Below are positions 30,587-41,730 of a stretch of 64,000 bases of DNA, piece by piece; within the stretch, counting starts at the first letter, position 1; every line of letters starts with the position of its first letter. Both the position numbers and the translations under genes were made by a program. This stretch comes from Desulfobacterales bacterium (GTDB lineage: Bacteria; Desulfobacterota; Desulfobacteria; Desulfobacterales; UBA2174), in the NCBI GenBank assembly GCA_963668645.2, contig CAXXWC010000020.1, forward strand, positions 96,001 through 160,000, in the 5' to 3' direction. The notes beneath the pieces are model-generated. The model saw nothing but the letters and a program-made list of their open reading frames with translations, did not search any database and was not told the origin of the DNA.

Positions 30587-31600
30587 CGCCGGAACCAGTT
30601 CCACCCGCTGGCGGATAGCCGGCAGGCGCTCGCGCAAGACCTCGAGGGTTTCGGGGTGGGGGTGGGCGATGCCGATGGCCTGGCCGTGTTTTTCGGCTTG
30701 GCGCACCAGTTCGTCGAGCTGCTTTTGGATCAGGTCTTTTTGCTGGACATGATCGATGAACACGTCGCGCTGGGCAAAGGGGACCTTTAAAAGCCGGGCC
30801 GATTGGTACGCGATGGTTTTGCCCGTCGTGCGGCTGTCGACGAAAAAGAGGCCGCGCTTCTTGAGGACCGAAAAAATCTGGTTCATGCGGTCCCCATCCT
30901 GGGTCAGGCGCGATCCCATGTGGTTGTTGACACCGACGGCCCCGGGGACCTCCTCGATGTCGCGGCGCACTTGATCGATGATCTGGTTGGGCGTCATATC
31001 GGCCAGCAAGGCGCCGGGTCCGGGGTTAACCCGGGGATACTCCTCGGGTTCCATGGGCAGGTGGACCATGACCTGGCAGCCCCTGCGCCGGGCTTCGGCG
31101 GCGATTTGCCTGCCGTTGGGACTGAAAGGCAGGACGGATACGGTCAACGGGACGCCCAGTGCGAGGAAGGCTTGGTTCAGGGCGCGGTCGTAGCCCATGT
31201 CATCGATGACCAAGGCCACCCGGGGGCGATCAGATGGGGGGGCCGCCGGCGGGTGCAGCGCCGCCGGCGGGGTTTCTTCCATGGGGAAGACCTCGTAGGT
31301 CGGCACCGAGGGCGGCGCGGGCGATGCACTGGCAACCTTTTGCGGCGGTTGGGGAACCGGCGCCGGCGGCGCCGGCCTTTTTTCTTTCAAGATCGCTTTG
31401 GGCGCTTCGGCGGCCGGTGGCGGGGCAGGATGGGGCGGCAGGATGATGCGCACTCCGATGGCGGTTGCCACCACCACTGTCAGCAAAATGGCCAGGGCCC
31501 ATAGCACCCTGGGATAAGGATTGGTCTTTTTCGGCCTTCGGTTTGAAACGGTTCGCCCCGATCCGGCCTTGCGCCGGGTCGGGGCCTTTTTTTTAGCCAT
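30560..31600 (-). CDS. Divergent polysaccharide deacetylase (YibQ family)
   Basis: ALVIDDMG, HLPMEP, GVNNHMGS, FVDSRT, RDVFID, IAHPHP. Confidence 0.9.
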   Translation of the reverse strand: MAKKKAPTRRKAGSGRTVSNRRPKKTNPYPRVLWALAILLTVVVATAIGVRIILPPHPAPPPAAEAPKAILKEKRPAPPAPVPQPPQKVASASPAPPSVPTYEVFPMEETPPAALHPPAAPPSDRPRVALVIDDMGYDRALNQAFLALGVPLTVSVLPFSPNGRQIAAEARRRGCQVMVHLPMEPEEYPRVNPGPGALLADMTPNQIIDQVRRDIEEVPGAVGVNNHMGSRLTQDGDRMNQIFSVLKKRGLFFVDSRTTGKTIAYQSARLLKVPFAQRDVFIDHVQQKDLIQKQLDELVRQAEKHGQAIGIAHPHPETLEVLRERLPAIRQRVELVPASQMVRTLI

Positions 31601-31653
31601 ACGTCGCCTTTTTTGGGTGCCTTACCCTGCCGTCAAAACGGCAGCCCAAGGGT

Positions 31654-33075
31654 TCAGCCCTGCTTGCGGCTGAGAATTTCGTGTCCCATCAAAATATCCA
31701 GGGCCCGCATGACCTGGTTGTCGGTTTCGAGGCGTTCAACGCTGAAGGGGCCCACGCGCGGCGACATTGAACCCGGCCGGTGTTTTTTCGGCTTGGGCTT
31801 GACCGGATCGGCGGGGGCCTCGTTTTGCGGACCGCTTTTTTCCGGTTCCAGCTGCGGCGCATCGGGTGCCGGCTTATCTTGGGCCTGCTCCGGGTCCTCG
31901 GCTTCGAGGTGGTTGCGCAGATCCTTTTCCGAGATGCGGCGCCGCTCATCCTCGCTGTCGCTGGCGGCATCCGCGGAAAAGGCCGGTTTGACCTCGATGT
32001 CCGGCTCGATGCCCTTGGCCTGAATGCTGCGGCCGCTGGGGGTGTAATAGCGGGCGATGGTCAGCTTGAGCCCGTACCCGTCGCGCAGGTTCTCCACTGT
32101 CTGGACCGAACCCTTGCCGAAGGTGGTGGTTCCCAAAAGCAGGGCCCGGTGGTGGTCCTGGAGTGCGCCGGCGACGATTTCCGAGGCGCTGGCGCTGCCG
32201 CCGTTGATCAACACCACGATGGGATATTTGGGCGGGTCGGAGTCCGGTTTGGCCTCGAAAAGCTTGGTGTGGCGCTTGAGGCGACCCTTGATGGAAAGGA
32301 TGACGCCCTTTTCCAGAAAAAGGTCGGCGATTTGAATCGCCTGGGGCAGAAGCCCGCCGGGGTTGTCGCGCAAGTCGAGGATCAGCCCTTTGAGCGGGGC
32401 TTCGGGCCGGTCGAGGGCGGCCAGGGCTTTTTCAAGATCGTCCGTGGTCTGATCCCGGAAGTGGGTGATCCAGACGTAGCCGTAGCCGGGCCGTAGCGAG
32501 AGGCTGCGCACACTCTCGATGGGGATGACGTCCCGGATCAGATCGAAGTCGATGGGCTCCGGCTCACCTTCCCTGAGCAGGGTCACTTTCACGGGGGTTC
32601 CCAGGGGGCCGCGCATCATCTTGACCGCCTCGCGCAGGTCACGGGTCGCCTTGCCGTCCACCTGGACGATCCGGTCTCCGGCCAAAATACCCGCCTTCCA
32701 GGCCGGCGTGCCCTCGATGGGCGCCACCACTGTGATAAATCCGTCCTTGAGGCTGATGCTGATCCCGATTCCGGTGAATTCTCCGCGCGTATCGATCTTC
32801 AAATCCTCGTAAGCCTCGGGCGGCAGCAGGGCCGAATGGGGATCGAGGCTGCTGACCATGCCTTGAATCGCCTTGTGGATCAAATCGGTGGTGTCCACCT
32901 CGTCGACGTAGCTTTTTTCAATGATTTCGATCACGTCGGCAAAGGTTTTCAACCCCTTGTAGACATCTTCGTCGCTGGCGTGCAGGGTATATAAAAGCCC
33001 CGAAGCAGCTGTCCAGACCAGCAGCGCGGCGAGCATCGCGATCCAAACCCGCGGGCGGGTGGGTGAAGGGCTCAT
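31654..33075 (-). CDS. ctpA: Carboxyl-terminal processing protease (S41, PDZ)
   Basis: LDPHS, GIGI, LDLRDNPGG, SASASEI, FGKGSVQ, YYTPSGRSIQ. Confidence 0.93.
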   Translation of the reverse strand: MSPSPTRPRVWIAMLAALLVWTAASGLLYTLHASDEDVYKGLKTFADVIEIIEKSYVDEVDTTDLIHKAIQGMVSSLDPHSALLPPEAYEDLKIDTRGEFTGIGISISLKDGFITVVAPIEGTPAWKAGILAGDRIVQVDGKATRDLREAVKMMRGPLGTPVKVTLLREGEPEPIDFDLIRDVIPIESVRSLSLRPGYGYVWITHFRDQTTDDLEKALAALDRPEAPLKGLILDLRDNPGGLLPQAIQIADLFLEKGVILSIKGRLKRHTKLFEAKPDSDPPKYPIVVLINGGSASASEIVAGALQDHHRALLLGTTTFGKGSVQTVENLRDGYGLKLTIARYYTPSGRSIQAKGIEPDIEVKPAFSADAASDSEDERRRISEKDLRNHLEAEDPEQAQDKPAPDAPQLEPEKSGPQNEAPADPVKPKPKKHRPGSMSPRVGPFSVERLETDNQVMRALDILMGHEILSRKQG

Positions 33076-33109
33076 CGAACAATCTCCTCATTGTTGCGCG
33101 TAGCGCGCG

Positions 33110-34498
33110 TCAACCCGTCTCGATCCATCCCGACGGGTCCATCGGTTTGCCGTGATGCCGGATTTCAAAATGGAGCATGGCGCCTTCCAGCGATCCGGTG
33201 TCACCGACGGTGGCGATGACTTCGTTGGCATTCACGGCGGCGCCTTTTGTCTTGAACAGGGCGTCGACGTGGGCATAGACGGTGTAATAAGCATCTCCGT
33301 GGTCGATAATGATCATGTTGCCGTAGCCGGTGAACCAATCCGCAAACAGGACGCGCCCCTTGTGAACGGCGCGGACCGGTTCTCCCCTTTCGGCCTGGAT
33401 GTCGATTCCGCTGCGGAAATTCATTACGTTGTACTGCGAATGACGATAGGGGCCGAAACGGTGAATAATTTTACCGCTGACCGGGAGGGTTAGCAAGCCC
33501 TTGCGTGCTTCGAAGGCCTGGATCTGCCCATCGGCGCCGGCTTTGGCCGGCGCCGGGTCGCCGAGGCTCTCGATGGCCTTATCCAAGCGTTGCGCCGCCT
33601 GCTGAAGAGCCTCGATCGCCGCCAGCTGGAAGGATTTCTGATCCTGGATTTCGGCGAGCAGCTTCTGGCGTTTTTCCCTTTCCCGGTTCACCGCCTGCAA
33701 CCGCACCTGAATATCGGCGGCCAGGGCTTCGTGGGTCTGCTGCTGTTCGCGGTGGGCCGTCATCAACGCGTCCAGGGCCGTGCGCTGGCCGGCCAGCCGT
33801 GCCAGTTTCTTTTCGTCGGCCGCCAGGATCTGGTTCAAGGCCTCTTCGCGATAGAGCAATTCGTTCACGCCGGGGGCCGCGGCCAGCACCTGAATCCGGC
33901 CGAGCCAGTAGAGTTTGTACAAAGCCGTCACCCGGCGGCTTGCCTGCCGGCCCAGCGCCTGTCGTTCGCGCCGTAAAGCGGCCATCTGGCCACGGGTCGC
34001 GGCCATGCGCCCCTCGAGGACGGCCATCTCTTTTTGCAGGCTGGCCAGCTGGCCGCGGGCTTGGTTGAGGCGCTGGCCGATCTCTTCCAGTTGGGCCACC
34101 ACGGCCCGTTCCCGGGAGTCGATGGCGGCCACTTCGGCCCTGCCGGCGGCGATCTGCCGCTCGATGGCTTCGGCCCGCTGCTGCAGGCGATCCCGGTTTT
34201 GCACCGGGGCGGCCATCTCGACATAATCCTTGTCCGCGTATAAAAATCCGAGGCCCCCGTCAAAGGTGATCTTGAGCCATCCGGATTTGCGATCCAGGAC
34301 CGTGATCCGGTCTCCCCGGGCAAGGGTTCCCAGAATCTTTGCCTCCAAACTCGGTTGGGCCCGGACGTTGAGCCGGGCCACCCTGACCACCGCCTTGCAG
34401 TCCGCGCCCCAGGCCGGCGCCGCCAGGAGGGTCAGGCCCAGCAGGAGCCTCAGGCCGATCTGAGAAACTGTTTGAGCGATACGCAACACCCCAGCCAT
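33110..34498 (-). CDS. envC: EnvC-like murein hydrolase activator (SH3b + coiled coil + M23); start uncertain
   Basis: LNVRAQPS..W SH3b motif, long coiled coil, GIDI, YGNMIIIDHG, LHFEIR. Confidence 0.8.
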   Translation of the reverse strand: MAGVLRIAQTVSQIGLRLLLGLTLLAAPAWGADCKAVVRVARLNVRAQPSLEAKILGTLARGDRITVLDRKSGWLKITFDGGLGFLYADKDYVEMAAPVQNRDRLQQRAEAIERQIAAGRAEVAAIDSRERAVVAQLEEIGQRLNQARGQLASLQKEMAVLEGRMAATRGQMAALRRERQALGRQASRRVTALYKLYWLGRIQVLAAAPGVNELLYREEALNQILAADEKKLARLAGQRTALDALMTAHREQQQTHEALAADIQVRLQAVNREREKRQKLLAEIQDQKSFQLAAIEALQQAAQRLDKAIESLGDPAPAKAGADGQIQAFEARKGLLTLPVSGKIIHRFGPYRHSQYNVMNFRSGIDIQAERGEPVRAVHKGRVLFADWFTGYGNMIIIDHGDAYYTVYAHVDALFKTKGAAVNANEVIATVGDTGSLEGAMLHFEIRHHGKPMDPSGWIETG

Positions 34499-35331
34499 CC
34501 GACGAACATGCCGGCGGCGATCGCCGCCAGGCCGTTGTGCCATGGTAAAAAACGCAAAGCAAAGCCGAATCCGCCCAAACCGGCGCTCATGTTGGCATGG
34601 GCCGCCAGATAGATGCCGTAAAGGATCACCAGCCCCAAAAGCCCGCCGGCGGCACCCTGCAGCAAGGCTTCAATGTAAAAGGGGGTGCGGATGAAAGGTT
34701 CACTGGCCCCCACCAGGCGCATGATGGTCAACTCTTGCTGGCGGTTGTATAGGATCAGGCGAATGGTATTGGCCACAAAAAAGACGGCCGCCAGAAAAAA
34801 GAGGACCCCCAGTCCATAGCCGGCCAGGCGGAAAAGCTCCAAAAGCCCGCCGAAGCGCTTGAGCCACTGCTGGCCGTAGGAAACCTCCTCGATCCCTTCC
34901 AAAGATTCGATTTGCGCGGCCAGGGCGGCAACCCGGGCCGGGTCCAGGGCCTCGGGTTTAAGATCGATCTCGAAGGCGTCGGGCAGCGGATTTTCTTCCA
35001 GGCCGTCCAACAGCGATGCCCGGTCGCCCATTTGACGGCGCAACCGTTCCATGGCCGCATCGCGGCCGATGAAACGGGCTTCGCGCACTTCGGCCATCTG
35101 CTGCAGATGGTACTTGATTTCCAGGCGTTTGGCCTCGGAAAGGTCCGCTTCGAGATAAGCCATCAGCCGGATCCCCTGGCGCCAGGAGTCGAGCAGGTCG
35201 CTGGCGTTGACGAAGAACAGCCCGAAGGCGCCCACGATGACCACCGCCAGGGCGATGGTCATCACGGTAACCGCGTTGAGAAAACGATTGGCGGCGATAT
35301 CTTGAAAAGCCCTGCGCAGGTAAGGGATCAT
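34450..35331 (-). CDS. ftsX: Cell division permease FtsX
   Basis: ENPLPDAF, NTIRL..R..E..IMRLVGA..FIR.PF. Confidence 0.93.
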   Translation of the reverse strand: MIPYLRRAFQDIAANRFLNAVTVMTIALAVVIVGAFGLFFVNASDLLDSWRQGIRLMAYLEADLSEAKRLEIKYHLQQMAEVREARFIGRDAAMERLRRQMGDRASLLDGLEENPLPDAFEIDLKPEALDPARVAALAAQIESLEGIEEVSYGQQWLKRFGGLLELFRLAGYGLGVLFFLAAVFFVANTIRLILYNRQQELTIMRLVGASEPFIRTPFYIEALLQGAAGGLLGLVILYGIYLAAHANMSAGLGGFGFALRFLPWHNGLAAIAAGMFVGWLGCCVSLKQFLRSA

Positions 35332-35370
35332 GTCAGTATGGCAGATGAAAGATTGAAATGTCCGTCATTG

Positions 35371-36093
35371 TCAGGCGGCCTGGGTTTCGGCGATCCGTCC
35401 CCCCACAAGGCGGATCACCCTTGCCGGGATACGTTGGATCAAGTGCTGGTCGTGGGTGGCCAGTACAACCGTTCCCCCCCTGAGATGAAAGCGGCGGATC
35501 AATTCGAGCACGACCTCGGCCGAGTCGCTGTCCAGGCTACCGGTCGGTTCGTCGGCCAGCAGAATCAACGGATCGCCCACCACAGCCCGGGCCACGGCCA
35601 CCCGCTGCTGCTCGCCGCCCGAAAGGCTCGGCGGCAGGGCGTCTCTTCGATGGGCCATGTTTACCGTTTTCAACACCCGTTGAACCTTTTGCTCCAGGAG
35701 CCGCCTTTTGACTCCGGCGGCTTCGAGGACCAGCGCCACATTTTCGAAAACCGTTCGCGTGGCAATCAGTTTATAGTCCTGGAAAACGATCCCCAACTTG
35801 CGCCGCAGGATCGGAATCCGGCGCCGGTCGATGCGCGCCAGATTCATGCCGTCCACCAGGACCTGGCCCTGGCTGGCGCTTACTCCCAGGTAGATCAGTT
35901 TGAGCAAGGTGGTCTTGCCCGCGCCGCTGGGACCGGTGATGAAAATGAATTCGTTCTTGGCGATGTCCAGGTTGATTCCGTCCAGGGCGTTGTGGGCCCC
36001 GTATCGCCGAGTCACACCGAACATCCGGATGATGGCATTTTTTTCCGCCGCTGGCACGCCGATGCCGGTCCATGAAGGATCCGCGGCCGTCAT
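35371..36093 (-). CDS. ftsE: Cell division ATP-binding protein FtsE; start approximate
   Basis: [29 protein letters not shown]; adjacent to ftsX. Confidence 0.92.
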   Translation of the reverse strand: MTAADPSWTGIGVPAAEKNAIIRMFGVTRRYGAHNALDGINLDIAKNEFIFITGPSGAGKTTLLKLIYLGVSASQGQVLVDGMNLARIDRRRIPILRRKLGIVFQDYKLIATRTVFENVALVLEAAGVKRRLLEQKVQRVLKTVNMAHRRDALPPSLSGGEQQRVAVARAVVGDPLILLADEPTGSLDSDSAEVVLELIRRFHLRGGTVVLATHDQHLIQRIPARVIRLVGGRIAETQAA

Positions 36094-36199
36094 GGGCGGC
36101 GTGCTACGCCCATTGCACCGATGGGCTGGGCGGTGTTTTGCCGGGAATTTTGACAGGCGTTGAACAATGGCGTGGCTTCCAAACTGCGGCCCTTTGGGA

Positions 36200-36228
36200 T
36201 TGACCGCTACAAGATTCGCTGCTATGCG
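36200..36228 (+). promoter_or_regulatory. sigma70-type promoter upstream of the pyrE leader
   Basis: TTGACC-N17-TATGCG with extended TG. Confidence 0.55.
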
Positions 36229-36272
36229 GGAGGCGAGTTCAGGGAGTGCTGCCAACAGTTTTCCCTGCTCGG

Positions 36273-36325
36273 AGCCTCCACTGAGTCCCGCAGACCCGCT
36301 TCTTCCGTTTCAGTGGAGGCTTTTT
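36273..36325 (+). terminator. Terminator/attenuator hairpin in the pyrE leader
   Basis: AGCCTCCACTGA...TCAGTGGAGGCT followed by TTTT. Confidence 0.65.
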
Positions 36326-36383
36326 AATATCAAATCAGACAGTTAATATCAACCCTGGTGTCAACCCAGCCAGAGCCCGGATC

Positions 36384-36956
36384 ATGCTTTCGATGAAAAC
36401 CGAATTGATCGATCTACTGTGCCAAAAGTCTTTCAAATACAGTCAAACACCCTGCTTTCGGCTTGTTTCAGGCCGCATGAGCCATTTTTACGTCAACTGC
36501 AAACCCGCCACCCTTCATCCCCGGGGGATGTTTCTCGTGGGGCATCTGGTTTTCGAGGCCCTGCGGGATCTTGAACTGGACGGGGTGGGCGGGCTGACCT
36601 TCGGCGCGGACCCCATCGCCGTGGCCACAGCCTTTGCCTCCCAGCTCCAGCAGCACCCCATGAAAGCATTTTCCATTCGCAAAGACCAGAAGGATCACGG
36701 GATCGTGAAATGGATCGAGGGGGACCTGGCCCCCGGCCAGAAAGTGGCGGTGGTCGACGATGTGGCCACCACCGGCGGTTCGACCCTCAAGGCTGTCGAG
36801 CGGGCCCGCGCCGAAGGCCTCGAGGTGGTACGTGCCGTGGTTTTGGTGGATCGCCAGGAGGGTGGGATGGAAAATATCCGCCAGTCGGTGGCCGATGCGG
36901 TGGCCATCGTCACCCGCGACGAATTGATGGCCCATCTGGGGATTGCGACGGGTTGA
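36384..36956 (+). CDS. pyrE: Orotate phosphoribosyltransferase
   Basis: [33 protein letters not shown]. Confidence 0.94.
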   Translation: MLSMKTELIDLLCQKSFKYSQTPCFRLVSGRMSHFYVNCKPATLHPRGMFLVGHLVFEALRDLELDGVGGLTFGADPIAVATAFASQLQQHPMKAFSIRKDQKDHGIVKWIEGDLAPGQKVAVVDDVATTGGSTLKAVERARAEGLEVVRAVVLVDRQEGGMENIRQSVADAVAIVTRDELMAHLGIATG

Positions 36957-37041
36957 GTTGGCGCGGCGCTGGAAATTGAGTGCCACCGCACCGGCCTTTT
37001 TCGCCGTGCAAGGGCGGTCAGCAAATTTTGGCAGGAAGGCA

Positions 37042-37413
37042 TCAAGGCCGGTAGGTCGCGCAGGCGTTGTCCGATTCCCAGGCCGATACCCGCGAGACGC
37101 GCACGCCGGTATGCGCGAGCCGCTGCTGGAGTTCTCGGGCCACGAAGGTGGCGATATGTTCCGACGACGGCGGCACCTCCTCGCCGAACCATTCCAGTTC
37201 GTTTAGAAAGCGGTGGTCGAGAAGCGCCATGATCTCGCGCACGTGGCCTTTGAGAATGCCGAAATCGATCAGTACGCCGCCGGCGTCCAACCGCTCGCCG
37301 GTGACACAGGCTTCGATCTTCCAGTTGTGGCCGTGGAGGTTTTCACATTTCTCGCCTACCATCGTGAGCCGGTGGGCGGCGGCAAAGCCGGTGACGACTT
37401 TCAGTTCGTACAT
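37042..37413 (-). CDS. queD: 6-carboxy-5,6,7,8-tetrahydropterin synthase
   Basis: FAAAH, CENLHGHN, LDH.FLNE, PSSE.IA, WES. Confidence 0.92.
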   Translation of the reverse strand: MYELKVVTGFAAAHRLTMVGEKCENLHGHNWKIEACVTGERLDAGGVLIDFGILKGHVREIMALLDHRFLNELEWFGEEVPPSSEHIATFVARELQQRLAHTGVRVSRVSAWESDNACATYRP

Positions 37414-37486
37414 GCGCAAATCCTGATCTCCGGGCGGCAACGGCCGGCCCTATCATCTGATTTTGTCCGTCAAGAGGTCCGGCGTT

Positions 37487-38599
37487 TCAATTGGCCGCCT
37501 TGGCGCTGGTCTTGAGTATGTTTTTGAGCTTGCTGCTCAGCTTGCCCGGTTCGAGGCTGGCAAATTCCGCCAGCAGCTTTTCCTGCTTGCGGCTCAGATT
37601 GGTGGGAGTGCGCACCAGAACCTGGATGATCTGGTCGCCCCGCGAACCGTTGCGCAAAGAGGGGATCCCTTCGCCGCGAAGACGGAACACATCGCCGAAC
37701 TGGGTGCCCTTGGGGATATCGAGGTTCTTTTCGCCTTTGAGGGTCGGCACCTGAATTTCCGCGCCCAGCGTCGCCTGAATCATCGAAATCGGCACCTGGC
37801 AAATAACGTCGTTCCCGTCGCGTTTAAAAAAGTCGTGTTCCTCCACATGGACCACGACATACAGATCCCCCGGCGGGCCGCCGCGAGCCCCGGTCTCGCC
37901 TTCCCCGGAGAGGCGCAGCCGGCTGCCGGTATCCACACCGCCGGGAATCTTTACCGAGACGCGCTTGGTGGCCATCACGTGCCCGCTGGCGCGGCATTTG
38001 CGGCACGGGTGGGCGATGACCTGACCCCGCCCGCCGCATCGCGGGCAATTGGTGCGCACGGTAAAAAAGCCCTGGCTGCGCTGCACCTGGCCTACGCCGT
38101 GGCACTGGCTGCACGTTTCCGGAGAGGTTCCCGGAGCGCACCCCGATCCGCCGCACTCCGGGCATCGTTCGCGCTTTTCCAGTTCGATGGCCCGTTCCAC
38201 CCCGAAAGCCGCTTCCATAAAGGAGAGCTTCAGATCGTAGCGCAGATCCGCCCCGCGCTGGACCCGGCTGCGACCGGAACGCCGGCCGCCGAAGCCGAAC
38301 AGGTCCTCGAAGATGTTGCCGAAACTGGAAAAAATATCCTCGAAGCCGCCGAACCCGGTAAAGCCGCTGCCCTCCAGCCCGGCGTGTCCGTACTGGTCGT
38401 AAATCTGCCGCTTCTGGGGATCGCGCAAAACCTCGTAAGCCTCGGCGGCTTCCTTGAATTGTTCTTCGGCCGAATGATCCCCGGGATTGCGGTCCGGGTG
38501 GTACTTCAGGGCCAGCTTGCGATAAGCGCTTTTCAAATCGGTGTCGGACGCTTGACGTCCGACGCCGAGCACCTCGTAATAGTCGCGCTTGGAGCTCAT
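37487..38599 (-). CDS. dnaJ: Chaperone DnaJ
   Basis: DYYEVLG, HPD, G/F region, four CxxCxxxG-type motifs. Confidence 0.96.
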   Translation of the reverse strand: MSSKRDYYEVLGVGRQASDTDLKSAYRKLALKYHPDRNPGDHSAEEQFKEAAEAYEVLRDPQKRQIYDQYGHAGLEGSGFTGFGGFEDIFSSFGNIFEDLFGFGGRRSGRSRVQRGADLRYDLKLSFMEAAFGVERAIELEKRERCPECGGSGCAPGTSPETCSQCHGVGQVQRSQGFFTVRTNCPRCGGRGQVIAHPCRKCRASGHVMATKRVSVKIPGGVDTGSRLRLSGEGETGARGGPPGDLYVVVHVEEHDFFKRDGNDVICQVPISMIQATLGAEIQVPTLKGEKNLDIPKGTQFGDVFRLRGEGIPSLRNGSRGDQIIQVLVRTPTNLSRKQEKLLAEFASLEPGKLSSKLKNILKTSAKAAN

Positions 38600-38696
38600 T
38601 GTCCTACCTGCTGCGTTGTGATCCTGGTTAAACGATGAAAACAGACGACGGAGAGACGACAAATATCGTTTTAATTTAAGATTCCGGCCGCTTTTG

Positions 38697-40352
38697 TCAA
38701 CCGAGATGGCCGCGCCGCAGCACCGTATCCTTGAGCCAGCGCCGGTCGTCGCGCTGGGGGTATTCGATGTTGTAGTGCAGGCCCCGGCTTTCCTTGCGAT
38801 GCTGGGCGCAGCGCACGATCAATTCGGCCACCGTGGCGATGTTGCGCAGCTCGATGAGGTAGGACTCCACCTTGAAGTCCCAATAGTACTCGCGAATTTC
38901 TTTCTGGATGGTTTCGACGCGCCGCCGGGCGCGGTCCAGGCGTTTGTCCGAGCGCACGATGCCCACATAATTCCACATGCAGCGGCGGATTTCGTCCCAG
39001 TTGTGGGAGACGACGATCCTCTCGTCGCTGTCGCTGGTGCCCACCTCGTCCCAGGGTTGCGGCGCCGGGGCGGCGGAAAAATCGAGAGACTCCAGATCCT
39101 GGCAGGCTTGCCGGGCCGCCTGGTCGGCATAAACCAGGGCTTCGATGAGCGAGTTGCTCGCCAGGCGGTTGGCCCCGTGAAGACCGGTGCAGGCGGTCTC
39201 GCCCACGGCATAGAGGCGCTGGATATCGGTTTTTCCGAGCATGTCGGTGACCACACCGCCGCACATGTAATGGGCCGCCGGGACTACCGGCAAGGGCTGG
39301 CGGGTCATGTCGAAACCGAATTCCAGGCAGCGCCGGTGGAGGTTGGGAAAGCGCTGACGGACGAAATCAGCCGGCCGGTGGGAGATGTCCAGATAGACCG
39401 CCTCGTCTCCGCTCTGCTTCAGTTCGGTGTCGATGGCCCGGGCCACCACATCCCGGCAGGCCAGATCCTTGCGCGGGTCGTACTTGTGCATGAAGGGGTG
39501 GCCGGCATGGTCCACCAACACGCCGCCCTCGCCCCGCACGGCCTCTGAAATCAGAAAGTTCTTGGCCTCCGGATGATAGAGGCAGGTGGGGTGGAACTGA
39601 ACGAATTCGAGGTTGGCCACCGTGGCCCCGGCCCGGTAGGCCATGGCGATGCCGTCGCCGGTGGCCACGTCCGGATTGCTGGTATACATGTAGACCTTGC
39701 CGGCCCCGCCGGTGGCCAGCAGCGTGATTTTGGCCGCGATGGTCTTGACCTGCTGGGTGCGCCGGTCGAGCACATAGGCGCCCAGACAGACGTTTTCGTA
39801 CCCGGTGGTCACCATTCCACGCTTCATGCGCGTCGAACAGGTGATCAGGTCGATGGCGATGTGTTCTTCGTAAAGATCGATCCGCGGTTCGCTGTGCACA
39901 TGGCTTACCAGAACCCGTTCGAGTTCCAGGCCGGTCATGTCCTGGGCATGCACGATCCGTTTCTGACTGTGACCGCCCTCCTGCCCCAGGTCGAGATCGC
40001 CGGCCTGGGGGTCGCCCTTGCGGGACTGGCTGAGGTTGAATTTGACCCCCAGGTCGATCAGCTCCCGGATCCTCTCTGGACCGTTGTGCACCACCAGTTC
40101 CACCACATCGCTGTGGCAAAGACCGTCGCCGGCCTCCAGGGTGTCGCGGATGTGCAGGTCGAAGGAATCGAGTTGCCCGAAGACCGAGGCGATGCCTCCC
40201 TGGGCGTGGGTGGTGTTGCTTTCCATGATGTCTTTTTTGGTGACCAGCGCCACGCGGCCGTAAGGGGCCACTTTCAAAGCGAAGGCCAGTCCGGCGACGC
40301 CGCTGCCGATCACCAAAAAATCGGCGGTAATGCTTGTATCGTTGGTAGGCAT
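38697..40352 (-). CDS. nadB: L-aspartate oxidase
   Basis: [53 protein letters not shown]. Confidence 0.96.
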   Translation of the reverse strand: MPTNDTSITADFLVIGSGVAGLAFALKVAPYGRVALVTKKDIMESNTTHAQGGIASVFGQLDSFDLHIRDTLEAGDGLCHSDVVELVVHNGPERIRELIDLGVKFNLSQSRKGDPQAGDLDLGQEGGHSQKRIVHAQDMTGLELERVLVSHVHSEPRIDLYEEHIAIDLITCSTRMKRGMVTTGYENVCLGAYVLDRRTQQVKTIAAKITLLATGGAGKVYMYTSNPDVATGDGIAMAYRAGATVANLEFVQFHPTCLYHPEAKNFLISEAVRGEGGVLVDHAGHPFMHKYDPRKDLACRDVVARAIDTELKQSGDEAVYLDISHRPADFVRQRFPNLHRRCLEFGFDMTRQPLPVVPAAHYMCGGVVTDMLGKTDIQRLYAVGETACTGLHGANRLASNSLIEALVYADQAARQACQDLESLDFSAAPAPQPWDEVGTSDSDERIVVSHNWDEIRRCMWNYVGIVRSDKRLDRARRRVETIQKEIREYYWDFKVESYLIELRNIATVAELIVRCAQHRKESRGLHYNIEYPQRDDRRWLKDTVLRRGHLG

Positions 40353-40371
40353 CAATCTGTTTTCCTGTCGG

Positions 40372-41022
40372 TTAGTAAAGCTTCGAGGTGCGCCGGCGGG
40401 CCATCGCCAGGCCGATGAGCAGCCCGGCCAGCAGTACCATGGCGCCGGCCAGAAACCAGCGGATCGTGCGCTCGCGGCCCGCTTCCGCCGCCAGACGGCG
40501 GCATTGGTCCAGCTCGCCGGTTTTCTGAGCGAGCTGTTTTCGGGTGCTGGCCAGGGCCTGGTTCAGTTCCGGGTCCCCGGCGGCCTGCTTTTCTAGTGCC
40601 TCATAGGCCTGGCGTGCCGCGTCGAGTTCGAAACGCACTTCGGCCAGGGTGCTTTCCAGCTTCAATTTTTCATCCAGCAAAGCGGCCAGCTCCTCTGCGG
40701 GCTGGCCGCTGCTGCTGCGTTTCAAGGCTGCCAATTCGCGCTCCAGCTGACGGAGTTTCAGTGCATTGGGCGTCGTATCGGTGAGCAGGCGGGTCAACAC
40801 CCAGCCCTCGCCTCCTTCCCCGGCGCGCACCCGGGACCATTCGCCGCCCTCCTCGAGCACCTCCACCCGGTCCCCGGAGCGCAGCACCGTGATCACCCGG
40901 TGGTCGTAGCCGGGCCCGGCGCGCAAGGTGACCTGGATCACATCGTTTATGTAGAGCGCCCGGGCGGCGTGCGCCGTAACGGCAGCCAGCAGCATCCCTA
41001 TCACCAGACCGGTCATTCTCAT
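40372..41022 (-). CDS. SH3-domain membrane protein (TIGR04211/YgiM-like)
   Basis: Signal peptide, Y..D...LR.GPG, EGWV, coiled coil, WFLAGA C-terminal TM. Confidence 0.8.
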   Translation of the reverse strand: MRMTGLVIGMLLAAVTAHAARALYINDVIQVTLRAGPGYDHRVITVLRSGDRVEVLEEGGEWSRVRAGEGGEGWVLTRLLTDTTPNALKLRQLERELAALKRSSSGQPAEELAALLDEKLKLESTLAEVRFELDAARQAYEALEKQAAGDPELNQALASTRKQLAQKTGELDQCRRLAAEAGRERTIRWFLAGAMVLLAGLLIGLAMARRRTSKLY

Positions 41023-41302
41023 GGCTTTCCTCGTTTTTTTCAATCGTTGCGCCATGCCGGGCGACAGGCGTCGCTCGGGCGCAGCGTCCAGACGATCCCG
41101 AAAAAGCTCGGGTTCTTGTATCGGAAAAAAGGGCTGGCGGTGTCAACAAATTCTTTGAATGGCGTGAAACCTGTGGTACTTTCGGCCTGCCGGCAGCGGT
41201 TGACGCACCGGCGGTGCGAGGCCGAGGCGCTTTCCCACCAAACGGCGGTGGCGCATCGGTTTTTTTACGATGGCTTTATGGTTTAAACCGACCCGAGACA
41301 CC

Positions 41303-41719
41303 ATGATCGCCTACGATTTGCAGTGCTCCCAGGGGCATACCTTCGAGGGCTGGTTCGACGACGAAAAAGCCTTCAAGCAGCAGCAGGAAACCGGGCTCGT
41401 CACGTGCCCGGTTTGCAGCGACGCCATGGTTGAGCGCATCCCTTCAACCTTCGCCATCCGCGGATCCAACCCCGGCGGCGATGTCAAAGACCCCCAGGTC
41501 CTTCAGGCCATTCAGCAGCGGCTATCCGCTTTTGTGCACGACCACTTCGACGATGTGGGCACCGATTTTGCCAAAGAAGCCCTCAAGATGCATTACGGGG
41601 TGGCCGAGGCGCGCAATATCCGCGGCGTCAGCACGCTCCAGGAAGAAAAGCTGCTGCGCGAGGAGGGGGTCGAATTTCTGAAAGTTCCCGTTCCGGTCAA
41701 ACCGGAATCGGATGCCTGA
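41303..41719 (+). CDS. DUF1178-family zinc-ribbon protein
   Basis: MIAYDLQC..GHTFEGWF, CPVC, DVG.DFAKEALKMHYG, L.EEG. Confidence 0.85.
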   Translation: MIAYDLQCSQGHTFEGWFDDEKAFKQQQETGLVTCPVCSDAMVERIPSTFAIRGSNPGGDVKDPQVLQAIQQRLSAFVHDHFDDVGTDFAKEALKMHYGVAEARNIRGVSTLQEEKLLREEGVEFLKVPVPVKPESDA

Positions 41720-41730
41720 CACGATTTTCG

